The notes under the pieces are model-generated. The model had not been told where the DNA came from and did not search any database. It saw only the letters and a list, made by a program, of their open reading frames with translations. A DNA stretch of 64,000 nucleotides. It comes from the human T2T-CHM13v2.0 reference genome, Homo sapiens. Below, one piece after another: positions 1 to 17,053 of this stretch; within the stretch, counting starts at the first letter, position 1, and each line of letters begins with the position of its first letter. The position numbers were made by a program, and so were the translations under genes. Location: assembly GCF_009914755.1 (NCBI RefSeq), contig NC_060934.1; one strand, 5' to 3'.

Positions 1-639
1 TTTTAAGTAACAGATGTATTCCAGACCTTGTTGAATACCAACACAGCAGACAGTTTGCTATTATAACTTCTAGCAATAGAATGAAGAGATGCCAAAAATA
101 AGGATTACCTAAGGGAGACTACTGACTAGAATTAGAAGAAGATGGGAGGCTTAACATTGGGAAACAACAGTGTTTAAAGGACAAACAGAATAAGGACTAG
201 GAGCTGGGGCATGTCAGTGAGAGGGTAGGAAGGAGCCAGGAGGCCAGGGCGGGCTACCCATCCCCTCCATGCACCACTAGTGATTACCATGTCACTAATC
301 CAACATATGCTTCACAGTCCTAGCTTTCAGAATGCTCTCCTTGAAATTTCTCGTCTGTTCCTTTTTTCTGAAGAACATGCATCCTGAATGTTGGATCATG
401 AAAAGTCTTGAATGCTGTACTAGCTCTTCCTGGCTAGGCAGTGGGGAACCACTGTTTTTTAGTAAGTCACCTGAACTCATTAATGCTCTGATATATCACT
501 CGCCTGAACTCATTAATGCTCTGATGAATGACTCATTAGCATTGTAAGAAATGGGTTGCAGGCGGGACAAGCACCTGTTGGGAGGGAAAGGAATGTGTAA
601 TGTAAAACAGTAGTAGTGGTGGGGCATGGGCACATTTAA

Positions 640-900
640 GCAGCAGAGGGGTAGGTGGGGGCTGGTGGCAAGGAGTGGGAAGGGAGAGGCAAGATGACTT
701 CAGATGTTAGTTTACTTGATTAGCAGCATAGCGTCAACAAATGAGTTGGGCGCTATGAAAGGAAAAGCAGGTTTGGACATTGCTGAGTTTGGGGAGCCAA
801 TGGAATATCCAGGTGGGAATTTCCATTAGGCAGTTGTAGGTAAAAGGTTCAAAAGCTGAGGAAAGGGTCTGGAATCTAAATCTGTAAGTAATCACTTGGA
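640..900. mobile_element. L2 fragment
   Basis: Diverged L2-like motifs (aagatgacttcagatgtt, tttggacattgctgagttt, atatccaggtgg). Confidence 0.55.
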
Positions 901-1671
901 ATTTATACATCCTTGGTTTTCTTTCCTATTATCTCTACATTATTTCACTATTGTTAATATATGTTTATACCTCTGACACTGTATGCTGATTAGATCCTGC
1001 CTTAGAGATAGCCCCCTTCCCCTCTTTCTCTTTACAGCTCACACGTTTTGCTCTACCTACAATTGTTTCTACCTGTTGGTATGTTTAGTTCTACCTGATT
1101 CTACTCTATCCGTCTTAGATATACAGCTCTCTCTTTCCAATTGGAAAATGTTCCCTACCTCCAAAGTCTTTCACTTTTAACTTATGTGGAAGATAATTAT
1201 AGTGCTATTTAGGGAAAAATAATCAAGTGTGTTAAGAATGCCTTATATTCAGATATATTTATAGTAGAAGGGACCAGTGCATACTGAATATTATTACTCT
1301 CCTAGGCACTACGGCTTTGGAACCACTACTTTGCCTTCTGGTCCTAAAAAAAATTATTTTTAATGTATCAGAAATATACATGATAACATTTTCCTTATGT
1401 AAATAAAAACTATTAAGCCTTTTTTATATAGAGCAGTGGACTTCCATACTGCTATCATTTGAATATAAAGAAGCAATTTTGTTAATTTACCTAGATTTAG
1501 ATTTTAGATTTGCTGTTTTCTTATTTCGTGCCTTTAGGCAGGTTATTTAACCTATTTGATCTCTACTTGCTTGGTATATGGGAGGCATGCATAGTATTTT
1601 GTTGTGACTAGTAGGTTAACCACATTGTGAAGGAATTTATGGCATGATCAGAACGTTTTTTCTCTCTCTAG

Positions 1672-1779
1672 ATGTTGTTATTCATGAGGACCAATGGATT
1701 GGCGAGACAGTACTACAATCAACATTTAGCAGTCAGTTATTAAATCTTGGGAGTTATTCATCTATTCAGCCTGAAGAAT
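1672..1779 (+). CDS. SHLD2: SHLD2 internal coding exon (108 nt, phase 1-1): (D)[35 protein letters not shown](Y)
   Basis: Acceptor tctctctctag| and donor |gtaagg. The frame is open and joins the next exon. The peptide matches recalled SHLD2/FAM35A. Too short for the ORF track. Confidence 0.9.
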
Positions 1780-2017
1780 GTAAGGCACATTTTAAATGAA
1801 GTAATGTAGTAGTGTTTAAAGTATAAAAACATACTAGGAAGGATTAGGGTTAAAATGGTTCTTTTACAAAATGTTTTCTAAACAGTTGGAGAGTATTGGT
1901 TTCTTTTCATTAGTAAGAATGAAAATAGAATTTTAAGAAATGAACTTGTACATTGTAAATCACATTTATTTTAAGAAGTATTGGGTCTCATGTTTCGTTT
2001 TCTTAGGCCATCAGTAT

Positions 2018-2192
2018 AGTGGTGGTTCTTCACCTTTTAGGGAGTCAGAGACCTCTTTGAGAATCTATAGACCATTTCTCCAGAAAACTGGACTTATGTA
2101 GATAGGCACAAAATTTTGCTTATAATTCTAAAGCATTCCACGGACCTCTGAAGTTCTTCTGTGGAACTTCTGAGCCTCTGATTAAGAATCCT
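2018..2192 (+). mobile_element. hAT-Charlie MITE (MER5/MER117-like)
   Basis: gtggttctt...agacctctttgagaatct...ttaagaatcc pattern. Family not verified. Confidence 0.5.
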
Positions 2193-2419
2193 TGAGGTAA
2201 TAAAAATGTATTGGTCTCGTATTCAGACAGCTGTGGTTTGAATCCTTATTCTTCTGTCTACCACTGCTAAGAAAAGCTATCTTTCTTCTTTAATGTCCAG
2301 TTTTCTCTTCTTTAAAAGAAGCTGTTTAATGAGGAAACTAGCAGCTATCTCCTCCTCTAGGAAATAAAATAACATAAAAAAAAGAAAGAAAACAAAGTAA
2401 GGGAAACAGTATAAACTTG

Positions 2420-2640
2420 TGGTTATGGTCACTGGACTCAGATAGACCAGGATTTGAATACTGGCCCTCTTACTTCCAGTCTTTGTCTTTAGGCAATGTA
2501 TTTCACTTCACTATACTTTTGTCTCCTTTTCTGTGAAATGGAGATAAAAATACATATATACCTTATAGGGTTGTTATGAAGATTAAGTGAGAAAATGAAT
2601 ATAAGATGTTGAACCTGCACATAATGTAGTAGTAACATAG
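2420..2640 (+). mobile_element. MIR
   Basis: MIR core tctgtgaaatggagataa...tagggttgttatgaagattaagtga. Confidence 0.7.
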
Positions 2641-2964
2641 TAATATTAGAGGGAGAAATAATAAGCTAGCAAAATATATTTGATAAAATGCTGAAATATC
2701 ATACAAGAAAATAGCTAGAGAAATATACTGATTATAAAAGAAGATAACTGGAATAATAGGAAAGTTATAGGATATATATATGGAAGATAGAGCATGGAAT
2801 TCCAATCTTTGAATTCTTAAAGAAAGGCAGAGCAAGTAGAAGGGAAGAGCAACAATTAGAATAACAAGAACTGTGTTTGGAATGGGCAAGGTTTCATTAT
2901 ATACTAGGGTGGCCCATCAGCAGAAAACCAACTCTGACATATTTCATAGACAACTAAAATAGAG

Positions 2965-3600
2965 TTCTTCATCTATCCAATATATATTTATTATGTGTTG
3001 ACATTGTTTCAGGCACTGTGTTTACTGTACACTGGGGGTACAATGGTGCCTGTCCTCCTGGAGCTTATGTTCTCATGTGGAAGACAGACCAAAAAAAATG
3101 AATGAAACAGACATATAAGTAAAATATGTGCAGGTGATAATGAGTGCTATGAAGGAAACTAACAAAGGGTTAAGATACAGAATGCTGTGGTTCTAGTTGA
3201 GAAGGATTGATCATGGAGTAGAATCAGGGTTAGGAAGTTGTTACAATAGCTGCAGTTGAGAGATAATGGGAGGCCAGTGGAGCTAAAGAGCTGAGATATA
3301 TTTGTAAATAGAGTTAATAGGATTTTCTGATGATGTGGGTCTGGGGATCAGGGAAGAGGGACAATCTACTGCTACTGAATTACTGGTTTAAGTAACTAGG
3401 TAGCCTTTATTGGGAAAGACTGAGAGGGAACTGGTTTGTGGGGAAAAGGACTATGTTTCAAGGCATGTTAAGTTTTAGATATCTTTGAGATATTCAAGTG
3501 GAAATGTCATATAAGAACTGGAAACAAAGTTCAGGACTCAGAAGACAGGTTTAAAATTAAGAGGCAAATTTTAGAGTTATTAGCATACAGATAATATTTC
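2965..3600. mobile_element. L2 fragment
   Basis: ggcactgtg...gtcctcctggagcttatgttc and gttaagttttagatatc motifs. Confidence 0.6.
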
Positions 3601-3791
3601 AAATTTAAAAGTTTTTTAAATAATAAATATCTGTATAATTATAGAATCACAGGGGATTGCAAAAATAATACATAAAGTCCCATGAACTCTTCTTCTAGCT
3701 TCTCCCAATGGTGATATCTTATATAACTTTAGTACAATATCAACAACAGGAAATCAACATTTGTATAATACTGTTAACTAGTAATATACTA

Positions 3792-4107
<316 letters not shown>

Positions 4108-4330
4108 TTTTTTTCTTAAATAAATATAGCATCAATACAGCATTATAATATGATTAATACTATATCAATAAAATAGATACTTAGTCCTAATGCCAATGTC
4201 TTATTTAATAGAAAAGCACTCGAGGCATTGTCATTAAAACCAGGAAAAAGATAAGGATGTCCACTATCTCTGCAACTATTCATCTTATACTAGAATTATC
4301 AGCTAATGCACTTAGACAAGAAGAGGCATC

Positions 4331-4630
4331 TGGTCTGGTGCGGTGGCTCACGCCTGTAATCCCAGCACTTTGGGAGGCCAAGGTGGGCGGATCACTTGAG
4401 GCCAGGAGTTTGGGACCAGCCTGGCCAACATAGCAAAACCCTGTCTGTACTAAAAAGATGAAAAATTAGCCAGGTGTGGTGGTGCATGCCTGTGGTCCCA
4501 GCTACTCAGGAGGCTGAGGCATGAGAATTGCCTGAACCTGGGAGGTGGAGGTTGCAGTGAGCACCACTACACTGCACTGCAGCCTGAGCGACAGAGTGAG
4601 ATTCGGTCTCCAAAAAAAAAAAAAGAAAGA
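4331..4630 (+). mobile_element. AluS
   Basis: Full dimer with poly-A tail. Confidence 0.92.
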
Positions 4631-4793
4631 AGAGGCATTTGAATGGATAAAGAAGAATGAAAATTATTTCTATTTACAAATGCTCTGATAACATACCTGA
4701 AAACTCCAGGGAATCAAAGTTAAAACAAATTTAAATAATAAGATAATTCAGTGATATAACAGAATGCAAAATTAGTGTTAAAAAATATCATTA

Positions 4794-5085
4794 GGCTGAG
4801 TGCAGTGGTTTGCGTCTGTAATTCTAGCCCTTTGGGAGATGAAAGTGGGTGGACAGCTTGAGCCCAGGAATTCAAGACCAGCCTGGGCTACAAAAAAGAA
4901 AAAGAAAAAGAAAAAAAAGCTGGGTGTGGTGGCACCCACCTGTGGTCCCAGCTGTTTGGGAGGCTGAGGTAAAAGGATTGCTTGAGCCCAGGCTGGGGGA
5001 TGAGGTTGCAGTGAGCTGTGATTGCACCACTGTACTCCAGCCTGGGCAACAGAGCAAGGCCCTGTCTCAAAAAAAAATAATAATA
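4794..5085 (+). mobile_element. AluJ
   Basis: Diverged dimer. Confidence 0.88.
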
Positions 5086-6035
5086 GTAATTAGACTTAAT
5101 ATACACAAATAATAAACAGAGGGCATAATGATAGTGAAAAACTCATTTACTATAGTAATAAAGAAGATAGTTCAAAATACAGTTAACAAGAAATATGCAA
5201 AGCCTATATGAGGAAAAAATTTAAACACTCCAGAAAGAAATGAAGACATGAAGAAATGGAAAGACATTCCCTGTTCTTGGATAGGATGACTCAACATTAT
5301 AATGATGTCAGTTCTTCCTAAGTTAATATGTAAATTCAATGTAGTTCCAATGAAAATATATATGTTATGGCATATAAAAGTTGATACTAAAGCTCATAGG
5401 GGAAAACAGACATGCAAGAATAGCTAGGAAAAGACTGACAAAGGAAAACTACAGAGGAGGGGAACTAGCTTTACCAGATGTTAAAACATACTATAAAGCC
5501 TCTGTAATTAAAACAGTTAAGTACTGATGCATGAATAGACAAGTAGACCAGTGGAACAGAGTAAGAAGATTAGAATTAGACCCAGCTACATATAGCAATT
5601 TAATATATGACAAAGATAGTATCTGGAATCAGTGAGATAAAAGCTAACTTCTTAATAAATGGTGCTGAGACAACTGGGTAGCCATTTGGAAAAAAGGGAA
5701 AATTGGACACATATCTCACAACAAACAGTAATAAACACCATATGGATTAATAGTCTAAATGTAAAAAATAAAATCATGCAACAACAAGAAAGAAACCTGA
5801 ATGAATCCTCTGTAATCTTGGTGTAGGGAAAGGCTTTTTCTTAATATTACTCAGAATCCAGGGGCAGTAGAAGATAAACTGATACATTTTACTATAGAAA
5901 AATAAATTTTGCATAACCAAAACACTATAAACAAAGTCAAAAGACAACTGACAAACTTGGAGAAAATATTTGTAACATACAACAAAAGGCTAATATCCCT
6001 AATATATAAAGAACTTTTAAACCCTGAGTGACAAA

Positions 6036-6355
<320 letters not shown>

Positions 6356-7300
6356 CTATCAAATATAACTTATTAGAGAAATTCAAATTAAAACTACATG
6401 GAGATACCATTTCTCACCTATCAGATTGGCAAAATTAAAAAAAAGCACATTCTGTTGGCGCAACTGTGAGGTAATGTGCCCTCTTAATACATTGGTGGCA
6501 GGAATGCAAATTGCTACAACCCTTGTGAAGGGATATTTGGCAATATCTAACAAAATTACATATGTACTTAGCTTTCAACCTAGCAATCCCACTTCTAGGA
6601 ATCTACCCTGAAGCTACACCTCCAACAATATGAAAATACATATCACAAGGTTATTCATTGCAGTATTGTTTATAATTGCAAAATATATAGGAGAATGATT
6701 CACTAAGTTATGGTACATTCACATAGTGGAACACTATGTACTATGCAGCTGTACAAAAAGAATGAAAAAGATCTCTATGAACTGATATGGAGTGATTCCC
6801 AGGACATACTGTTATGTGAAAACATAAACCCCCCAAAACTGTATGTAGTATGCTGTCCTTCCTGTACGAAGGAATGGAGGTATAAGAAAATACCTCGGTT
6901 TATTTGTGGAAAGAAAATGCAGGAAGGATAAACCAGAAACTAAAGAGATTGGTCACCTACAGGGGGCACATAGGAGAGGGGTGGAAGAAAGTGGGGAATG
7001 GGAACAGGATAGCAGGGGTCAGGAGGAAGTGACACTAACAAATGAATGTAATATTGTTACAAGTGAACCTAATATTGTTACAAATGAATAAAATAACTAC
7101 ACAGAAGCGGGTGGGGAAGAAAAGAACAAACCTAAGTAGCTGTGGAAAAGAGTATATTGACTGGATTCTATAAGGCTAATGACAGAAAGGACTGTACATA
7201 AATGCTGCAATCTAGTTAGAAATATGTTTCTCAAAGGGGAATGGCTTAGCAATAACCTTATGTACATACTAGAATGAACAAATGAGTACATAGATTGTAG

Positions 7301-8188
<888 letters not shown>

Positions 8189-8489
8189 TAATGAAAGGAA
8201 ACAGCTCTGCTAAAAGTGGTTGATTACAGGACTGGGTCAGGGCAAATTCAGGATAAGCCTGGAAGTCTAGTGGTGCCAGACAAGACATGTTGAAATAATG
8301 CAAGAGCCAACCTGAAGGAACACCTACTGGCTAAAGCTGAAGCAATTTGAGTAAGAAAATAATGATAGTATTGGATTAGAACCCATAGATTAAAATCTTT
8401 ACAAATCCTTACTGACATAAAGATATATGTATTTCATTAACTAACCAGAGGGGAAGAGAGAGCTCTTCCTTCCAATGGAATTCCAATTA

Positions 8490-8909
<420 letters not shown>

Positions 8910-10576
8910 CTAAAATTAGTAGGTGAAAGTTTGAGGAGAGAGAGCATTGCATAGTCTCAAAGTATCTCCCCAAGATACCAGCATACTAGAGGGAAAATAA
9001 TAAATTTATAAGAAAACTCTTCAGACACCAAGTTAACTGAGTGATTGGGATAAATATCACCAGTAGTAAGATGTATGGTATCATAAATGCTTTGATATTA
9101 TCCATTGAGAAGGATCCACCATATTTTTTGTGGAATTGCCAAAAATGCATAACTTCATTCCAATCATAAAACACTGGAGAAACCCAAAGGGAAGGACGTT
9201 CTACTAAATAATTGATCAGGATTCTTCATAAGTGTCAAGGTAATGAAAAAGAAAAGACTGAGAAACTCTTATAGACTAGAGGAGACCAAAGAGAAATAAC
9301 AACTAAATATGAGGTGGGATCTTGGATGAAATCCTACATAGAAAAAGGATATTAATAGGAGAATTGATAAAATTTAAATAACATCTACATTTTAATTAAC
9401 AATATTTAATTAACATTAGTTTCCTGTTTAAGATAATTTATAATATGTGAGATGCCCACATTAGTCGACATAGTGAGGAATATAAGGTAACTCTGTACTA
9501 TTTTTGCAACTTTTTTGTAAGTCTTACGTTAGTTCAAAACAGAGTTTTTAAAAAAGCTGTATACGATCATCTCAATAGGTACAAAGAAAGCTTTTGATAA
9601 AATTCAACACTTGTTCATTAGGAATAGAATGAAATTTTCCTTAACTTCATAAAGAGTGTCTTTAGAAAACCCAGAACAATTATCATCCTGATTGGAAAAA
9701 TATTAGAAGCATTCCTTTTAAAATTCAGGAATATGACTAGGATACTACTATTACTACTTTTCTTCAACACCGTATTAGAGTTATTAACCAGTGCAATAAA
9801 CATGGAAAAATAGATATGTAAAGATTGGAAAGGTAGAAATAAAACTGCCTTTATTATAGATGGTTTACATACCTTTTCCCTCTGAAAACTACAAACAAAT
9901 TATTAGAAATAATGTGAAAATTTAGCAAAGGAGCTGGATATAAGATTAACATACAAAAGTCAATCACATTTCTAGAGTAGAGTGACTAACAATAACAAAG
10001 GAAGCTGCCATTGACAATAATATTATTTTGTACTAATAGTAATAAATGTAACAAAGTATGTGCAAGACCTAAAAAAGGAAAAATTTTTAAATGAAGAAAA
10101 ACTAACAAAGAATGAAATAAACATATACTTTATTCATTGATTGGAAGATTTAACATTGTGAAGATTTCAGTTCTTTTCAAGTTGATTTGTAAATTCAGTG
10201 CATGTTCAATAAAAATCCTCGTAAGATTTCAAGGGCTCAGTGGCTCATGCCTGTAATGCCAGCACTTTGGGAGGCCAAGGTAGGAGGATCTCTTGAGGCA
10301 AAGAGTTCAAGACCAATAAGATTTTCATGTAATTTGATAAGATTATATGATATTTATGTAGAAGAGTAAGTGGTTGAAAACAGCAGGGCATTTTAAGAAG
10401 AAAAGCAGGGAAGAATAATTTGCCCTATCAGCTATCAAGACTTAGTATGAACCTATAGTAACTGAGATGGTGTGGTTTTGCCCAGTTGAAGTCAGTTAAA
10501 TTTTAATTTTGAGATTTCTGTAAAAGATACAAGTTTAGTCTTTTATTATGTATATTTGAAGGTGTTACATTTTGGA

Positions 10577-10578
<2 letters not shown>

Positions 10579-10614
<36 letters not shown>
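10579..10614. repeat. (GT)18 microsatellite
   Basis: Read directly from the sequence. Confidence 0.97.
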
Positions 10615-10617
<3 letters not shown>

Positions 10618-11201
10618 AATGATAGCTAAATGGCTTCTAAGTAAAATTCAGCATATCTTGTATATGTTGATAGAATAGAAGGGGAAGGAATGTTTTGAAA
10701 TAATGAAAATAACATGGTATGCAAATGCTTTGCAAGAGATTTGGGAAATGTAGATATCTCTGGTTTTAAGGATGATCTAGATTCAAGTAATAGTTCAGTA
10801 ATTTCATAAAACTCTTATGACAAAATTCTGGATGGAGAATATTCTATGAATCCCCTAGAGAGTTTCAGGTTTTTGTAGAATTATGTGAAAAATCTTGAAC
10901 TAATTAGATAATCTTTAGAAGTTACTTCACAATCTTTGTTTTTACACATACACAGGAATTTATGGTGCTTTATTTTTTACAGGTTAGTAGCTAAATAAAG
11001 TATATTCTAAAGTTTTTTATTGATGTAGGGAAATGGCTACCAGTGGACATTTTGAGAATATTGCAGTTGTTTTTCTTCTGAAAGAGTAAACCAATTTGGT
11101 TACTCATTTTACCAATTTGGTTTTGATTTTGCAAGTGGTTACAACTCATGAGAGGATTCTTATTTCTGATCAATATATTGTGTTTTTGGAAAGGACTTCT
11201 G

Positions 11202-12560
<1,359 letters not shown>

Positions 12561-12946
12561 GAAAAGACTTCTGTTCTTTCATCTTTATAGTGAGGTGTTA
12601 CATGTTTTACAAACCTAGTTCTGATAATGTGACAGGAATATAAATTTATCTTGAATATTATTAAATATATAAGTCAAAGATCAACACAATGTTTCCATGA
12701 GGTAGACTTTTTTTGGAATCTAAATAACCATGTGTTTCCATGTAAATTTTTATGAATCAGGGACAAATATATAATTTGATGTTAGAGATGTTTTTGTTCC
12801 CCAAAAGCTCTATCTTGTTCATGAAAAACGAAGCCCAGAGAAGTTATGTACAAGTTCACAGAGCTTATTATTGACAAAACCAGAATTTGAATACAACTCT
12901 TCTGATTCCAGATTTGCTGGAAATACTGTGAAAGAAGAACTCAGTC

Positions 12947-13174
12947 TGGTAGTATTACGTGTGGTTTTAATTTTTTCTTTGTAACTTTAGTTTGAATTTT
13001 ATGTGTGTGTGAGCATCTGCATTTACTTTTAAAAACTTTTATTGTAAAAGCCTTCAAACATATACAAAAGTAGAGAATACAAAGCATAATGAACTTAAGT
13101 ACCTATTAGCCAGCTTATTAAAACATGGTCAGTCTTGTTTCACCTGTTACATCCCTTTTCTTTTACTGTCTAAA
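12947..13174 (+). repeat. ~230-bp local direct repeat, copy 1 (no Alu)
   Basis: Aligns by eye with 16521-17053. Shares gagcatctgcatttacttttaaaaact and acctattagccagcttattaaaacatggtcagtcttgtttcacctgttac. Confidence 0.9.
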
Positions 13175-14108
13175 GGAAGGAAAGAAGAAACACAAATCAG
13201 TTTATGGAGTCTGCTTTCTAAAAAGTACTTAAGTGTTTATTGCCAATATCTTATTTTGGTCAGCAATCAATCACGTACTCAAGCATACTTCTCTTACCTT
13301 CAGAGAAATTAAAATTTAATCAGCAAAACTCATCAGCCTGTACATTTAAAATATATGCATGTTATTGTACAGAAACTATACCTTAATAAAAAGTGAGAAA
13401 AAAAATGAGACAGGAAAGAGAAAAACATTTAAAGGACATAGTAACTGAAGAATTAAATAACCAATCCAACACTTGAAAAATATTACAATGTAGCACATGC
13501 TCAAAAGCTCTCTGAGCTCAGGGAAAAAAGCAGCACTGTGAATCTATAGTGGTAATCATTCTATGTGGTATTGGGTAGGACAAGACAGCCTTGCAGCTGG
13601 AAATTGGTGAGGACGGAGGCCTCGCTGTGGAAAGAGTAAGGCACACTCAGGGAGAGAACCAGTGAGGTGGCTCTGAGCCTGTTTCAGAAGGGGCTTGAGG
13701 AAGAACGGCAGAGGATAGGATAGTTGGGAAAGCAGGATCAAATCAGACTCCAGGGACTGGGGAACCAATTGGCTGTTACAGGGTGGTGGAGTCAAAAAAG
13801 AACAGAAATTTTCTGTTTGGTTAATTGATAGAAAATGATATTATTAACAAAGTAAAGAAGTATGGGAACAGCACAAGTTTTTTGGGGATAGTAAATAATT
13901 CCATTTCCATTGATTAAAAATATCAAGTTTGTTTTTACATCTAAACTGATTCAAGACTTAGCTATTGTACATGTTTTAGAGAAAGCAAAACTATATTTTA
14001 TATCTAATCATACTTTACAACATAAAATACAGTTCTAAAAAATATTATTTGTGAAGAAAAATATAATGTTGCCATCTTTTGTCTGTCTGTATGTTTTTTT
14101 TCCCTTAG

Positions 14109-14303
14109 ATTCCAGTGTAGTTTGTGAAGTTGTACTTCAAGACTTACTGGCATATGTGTCCTCAAAACATTCCTACCTCAGAGATCTTCCTCCGAGGCAG
14201 CCTCAGAGGGTGAACAGTATAGACTTTGTAGAATTGGAGCACCTTCAACCTGATGTATTAGTCCACGCAGTACTAAGAGTTGTTGATTTCACTATACTGA
14301 CAG
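14109..14303 (+). CDS. SHLD2: SHLD2 coding exon (195 nt): [64 protein letters not shown]
   Basis: Acceptor tttcccttag| and donor cag|gtaaat. Lies within ORF 14051..14341. Confidence 0.93.
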
Positions 14304-14470
14304 GTAAATATTTTGACTGCCTCCTTAATTTTAGATTATGAAAAAATTAAGATACAAGACCATCTTAGTGTACCATTTGGTTATCACTATATATGTATCA
14401 TCAGCTATTAAAGTATGGTATCACGTGTGATAGAGTAATGCCAACTAAGGTACTCATTTTCCTTTTCCAG

Positions 14471-14605
14471 AGGCAGTATACAGTTATAGAGGACAGAAGC
14501 AGAAAAAAGTTATGTTAACAGTGGAACAGGCCCAAGATCAACATTATGCGCTTGTATTATGGGGTCCTGGAGCAGCCTGGTACCCTCAACTTCAAAGGAA
14601 AAAAG
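14471..14605 (+). CDS. SHLD2: SHLD2 coding exon (135 nt): (E)[44 protein letters not shown]
   Basis: Acceptor ccttttccag| and donor aag|gtaaat. In frame with both neighbours. Carries an OB-fold-type 'LVLWG' motif. Confidence 0.92.
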
Positions 14606-16520
14606 GTAAATACACCAAAAAGCATTTAACCTATTTATATTTCGGTAAATGATTAATGTTTATGAGCCCAAGATGGAGAAAATCTTAAGAGACGAGACAG
14701 CATTTGAAATACAAGTGATCATGATTGAATATTCTTCTGCAAATTTCTTCTGTTAAAATTTTGTACCTCTTGTAGCAATTCATTTATCTAATAAGTCTTC
14801 ATTAATTAATGGTGGTGAAATAAAGTCTTAAATTTATTCCCAGGTATACTACTTTACCCTTTTAGTGAAGATCTTACCTCCTTCAAATAATGTTCTTTAA
14901 ACATTTAATTCTGGAGAAGCTTCTACAATTTTTTTTCAGCCAGAGTACTCTGATAAATGCTATGGTTATAAGGCAGATGTCAAGGGAGTTACCTTAACTC
15001 TTTCAAGTCACAATTAATGTTCAATAAATTACTGTTTCATATTTTTATTATAGTTGTTTTAAAAGCATGCACTGTTAGCCATCCCTAGAATGTTCAGTGT
15101 TAAAATATGACCCATGATTACATTTTTCTTTAAAGCATAAATTATTTCTGGTATATTGAATTAAATGGAATTGATGTTTCATTAAAATAGTATAGTGTCT
15201 TCCCTTTGCTATTGTGAGATCCTTTAGTTGTAACAAAGACAGTTTCATTTGTGGCTTATGAGTTATTTTTCCCTGCTAAATTAATTTAGAGATTGATTCA
15301 GTATATTATTATTTTTTACCTGAAAGAGTTAATGTCTCTCCAAACTTCTGCCTTCCAAATAGTTATTTGTAGATAGGAGCTATCACATTGTCTCTCTTAA
15401 TCATTAATAGCTATGACTAGGATTTGAGATAAGTCTAACTTTGGACTTTTATGTTAAGATCAAACAGGGACAGATGTTTGTTTGGTTGAGCAAGCTGACA
15501 AACATGTATCAGTGATAGACTAACTATGATCATTGACCACCATAGCCTGGCTGAGAACATGAGTCTAGTGCATGCTACACAAGAATGTAGGTCACAGGTA
15601 TAGTGGAGCCATAACAAAGCAGATTGCTCCATGTTTAATGTGAATATTCTTTTAAAATTAATAGTTTTTTGGTTAATAGAAGAGAAATTACAGTTGTCTC
15701 TAGGTGATTCTATGGTGTTTAGGTTAGTATTGAAAACATATGAATCCAGGAATTAAGATGTTGTTGTTCTTTGTACATTCATTCATCCAGCCCCCCTTAT
15801 TTATAACCATCATTTTAAAGTTTTAACATCTACTTCAATACCTCACATCAGTCTTTTTAAGATAAAAATCCCAATTTTGAAGGATTACTTAAGTAATTCT
15901 ATTTTCCTGATTTTACTTTTCTTTTCAAGAGACCAACCCCATTTCCAAATTCCCAGCAAAGAGAATCTGATTGCCCAGAGTAAATTTGATTCAAAAAACT
16001 GTGATCAGGAAGACAAGGTCACACAATACAAATATGAGAGCTTGAGCTTATTTCAGTGGATGGGAAAACAGTTAAGGGAGTCATTTGTGATCTGGGTGAA
16101 TACATAAAGATATTCACTACCAAAAATGTGTATGTTCATTAGCTTAGAAAGATATATGTAATGTATTATTTAGTTTAAAAAGTAGATTATAGGCCAGGTG
16201 TGGTGGCTCACTCCTGTTAACCCAGTACCTTGGGAGGCTGAGGTGGGTGGATTGCTTGAGCCCAGGAGTTCAAGTTCTCATCTTAAAAAAAATAAAAAAT
16301 AAAAAAAAATTGGATTGTAAAACTTCACGTATAGAAAATATGTTATCATATAATAAATATTTTTATGTTTATATAAGTTAATACATAAAAATTTTCAAGA
16401 AAACCCTTTATATATAATAGTATCTCATTTTAATAAAAATGTATCTATAAGTACATATGTGCATTTGAAAACCTGGAAATATGCATGTATAGCAAAATGC
16501 TAGCAGTGGTTATTTCTGTA

Positions 16521-17053
<533 letters not shown>

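Noticed and set aside
11089-11121. Two ACCAATTTGGT quasi-palindromes resembling SRF CArG boxes
   Set aside because: Only five A/T bases lie between CC and GG (CArG needs six), and the motif is short enough to arise by chance.
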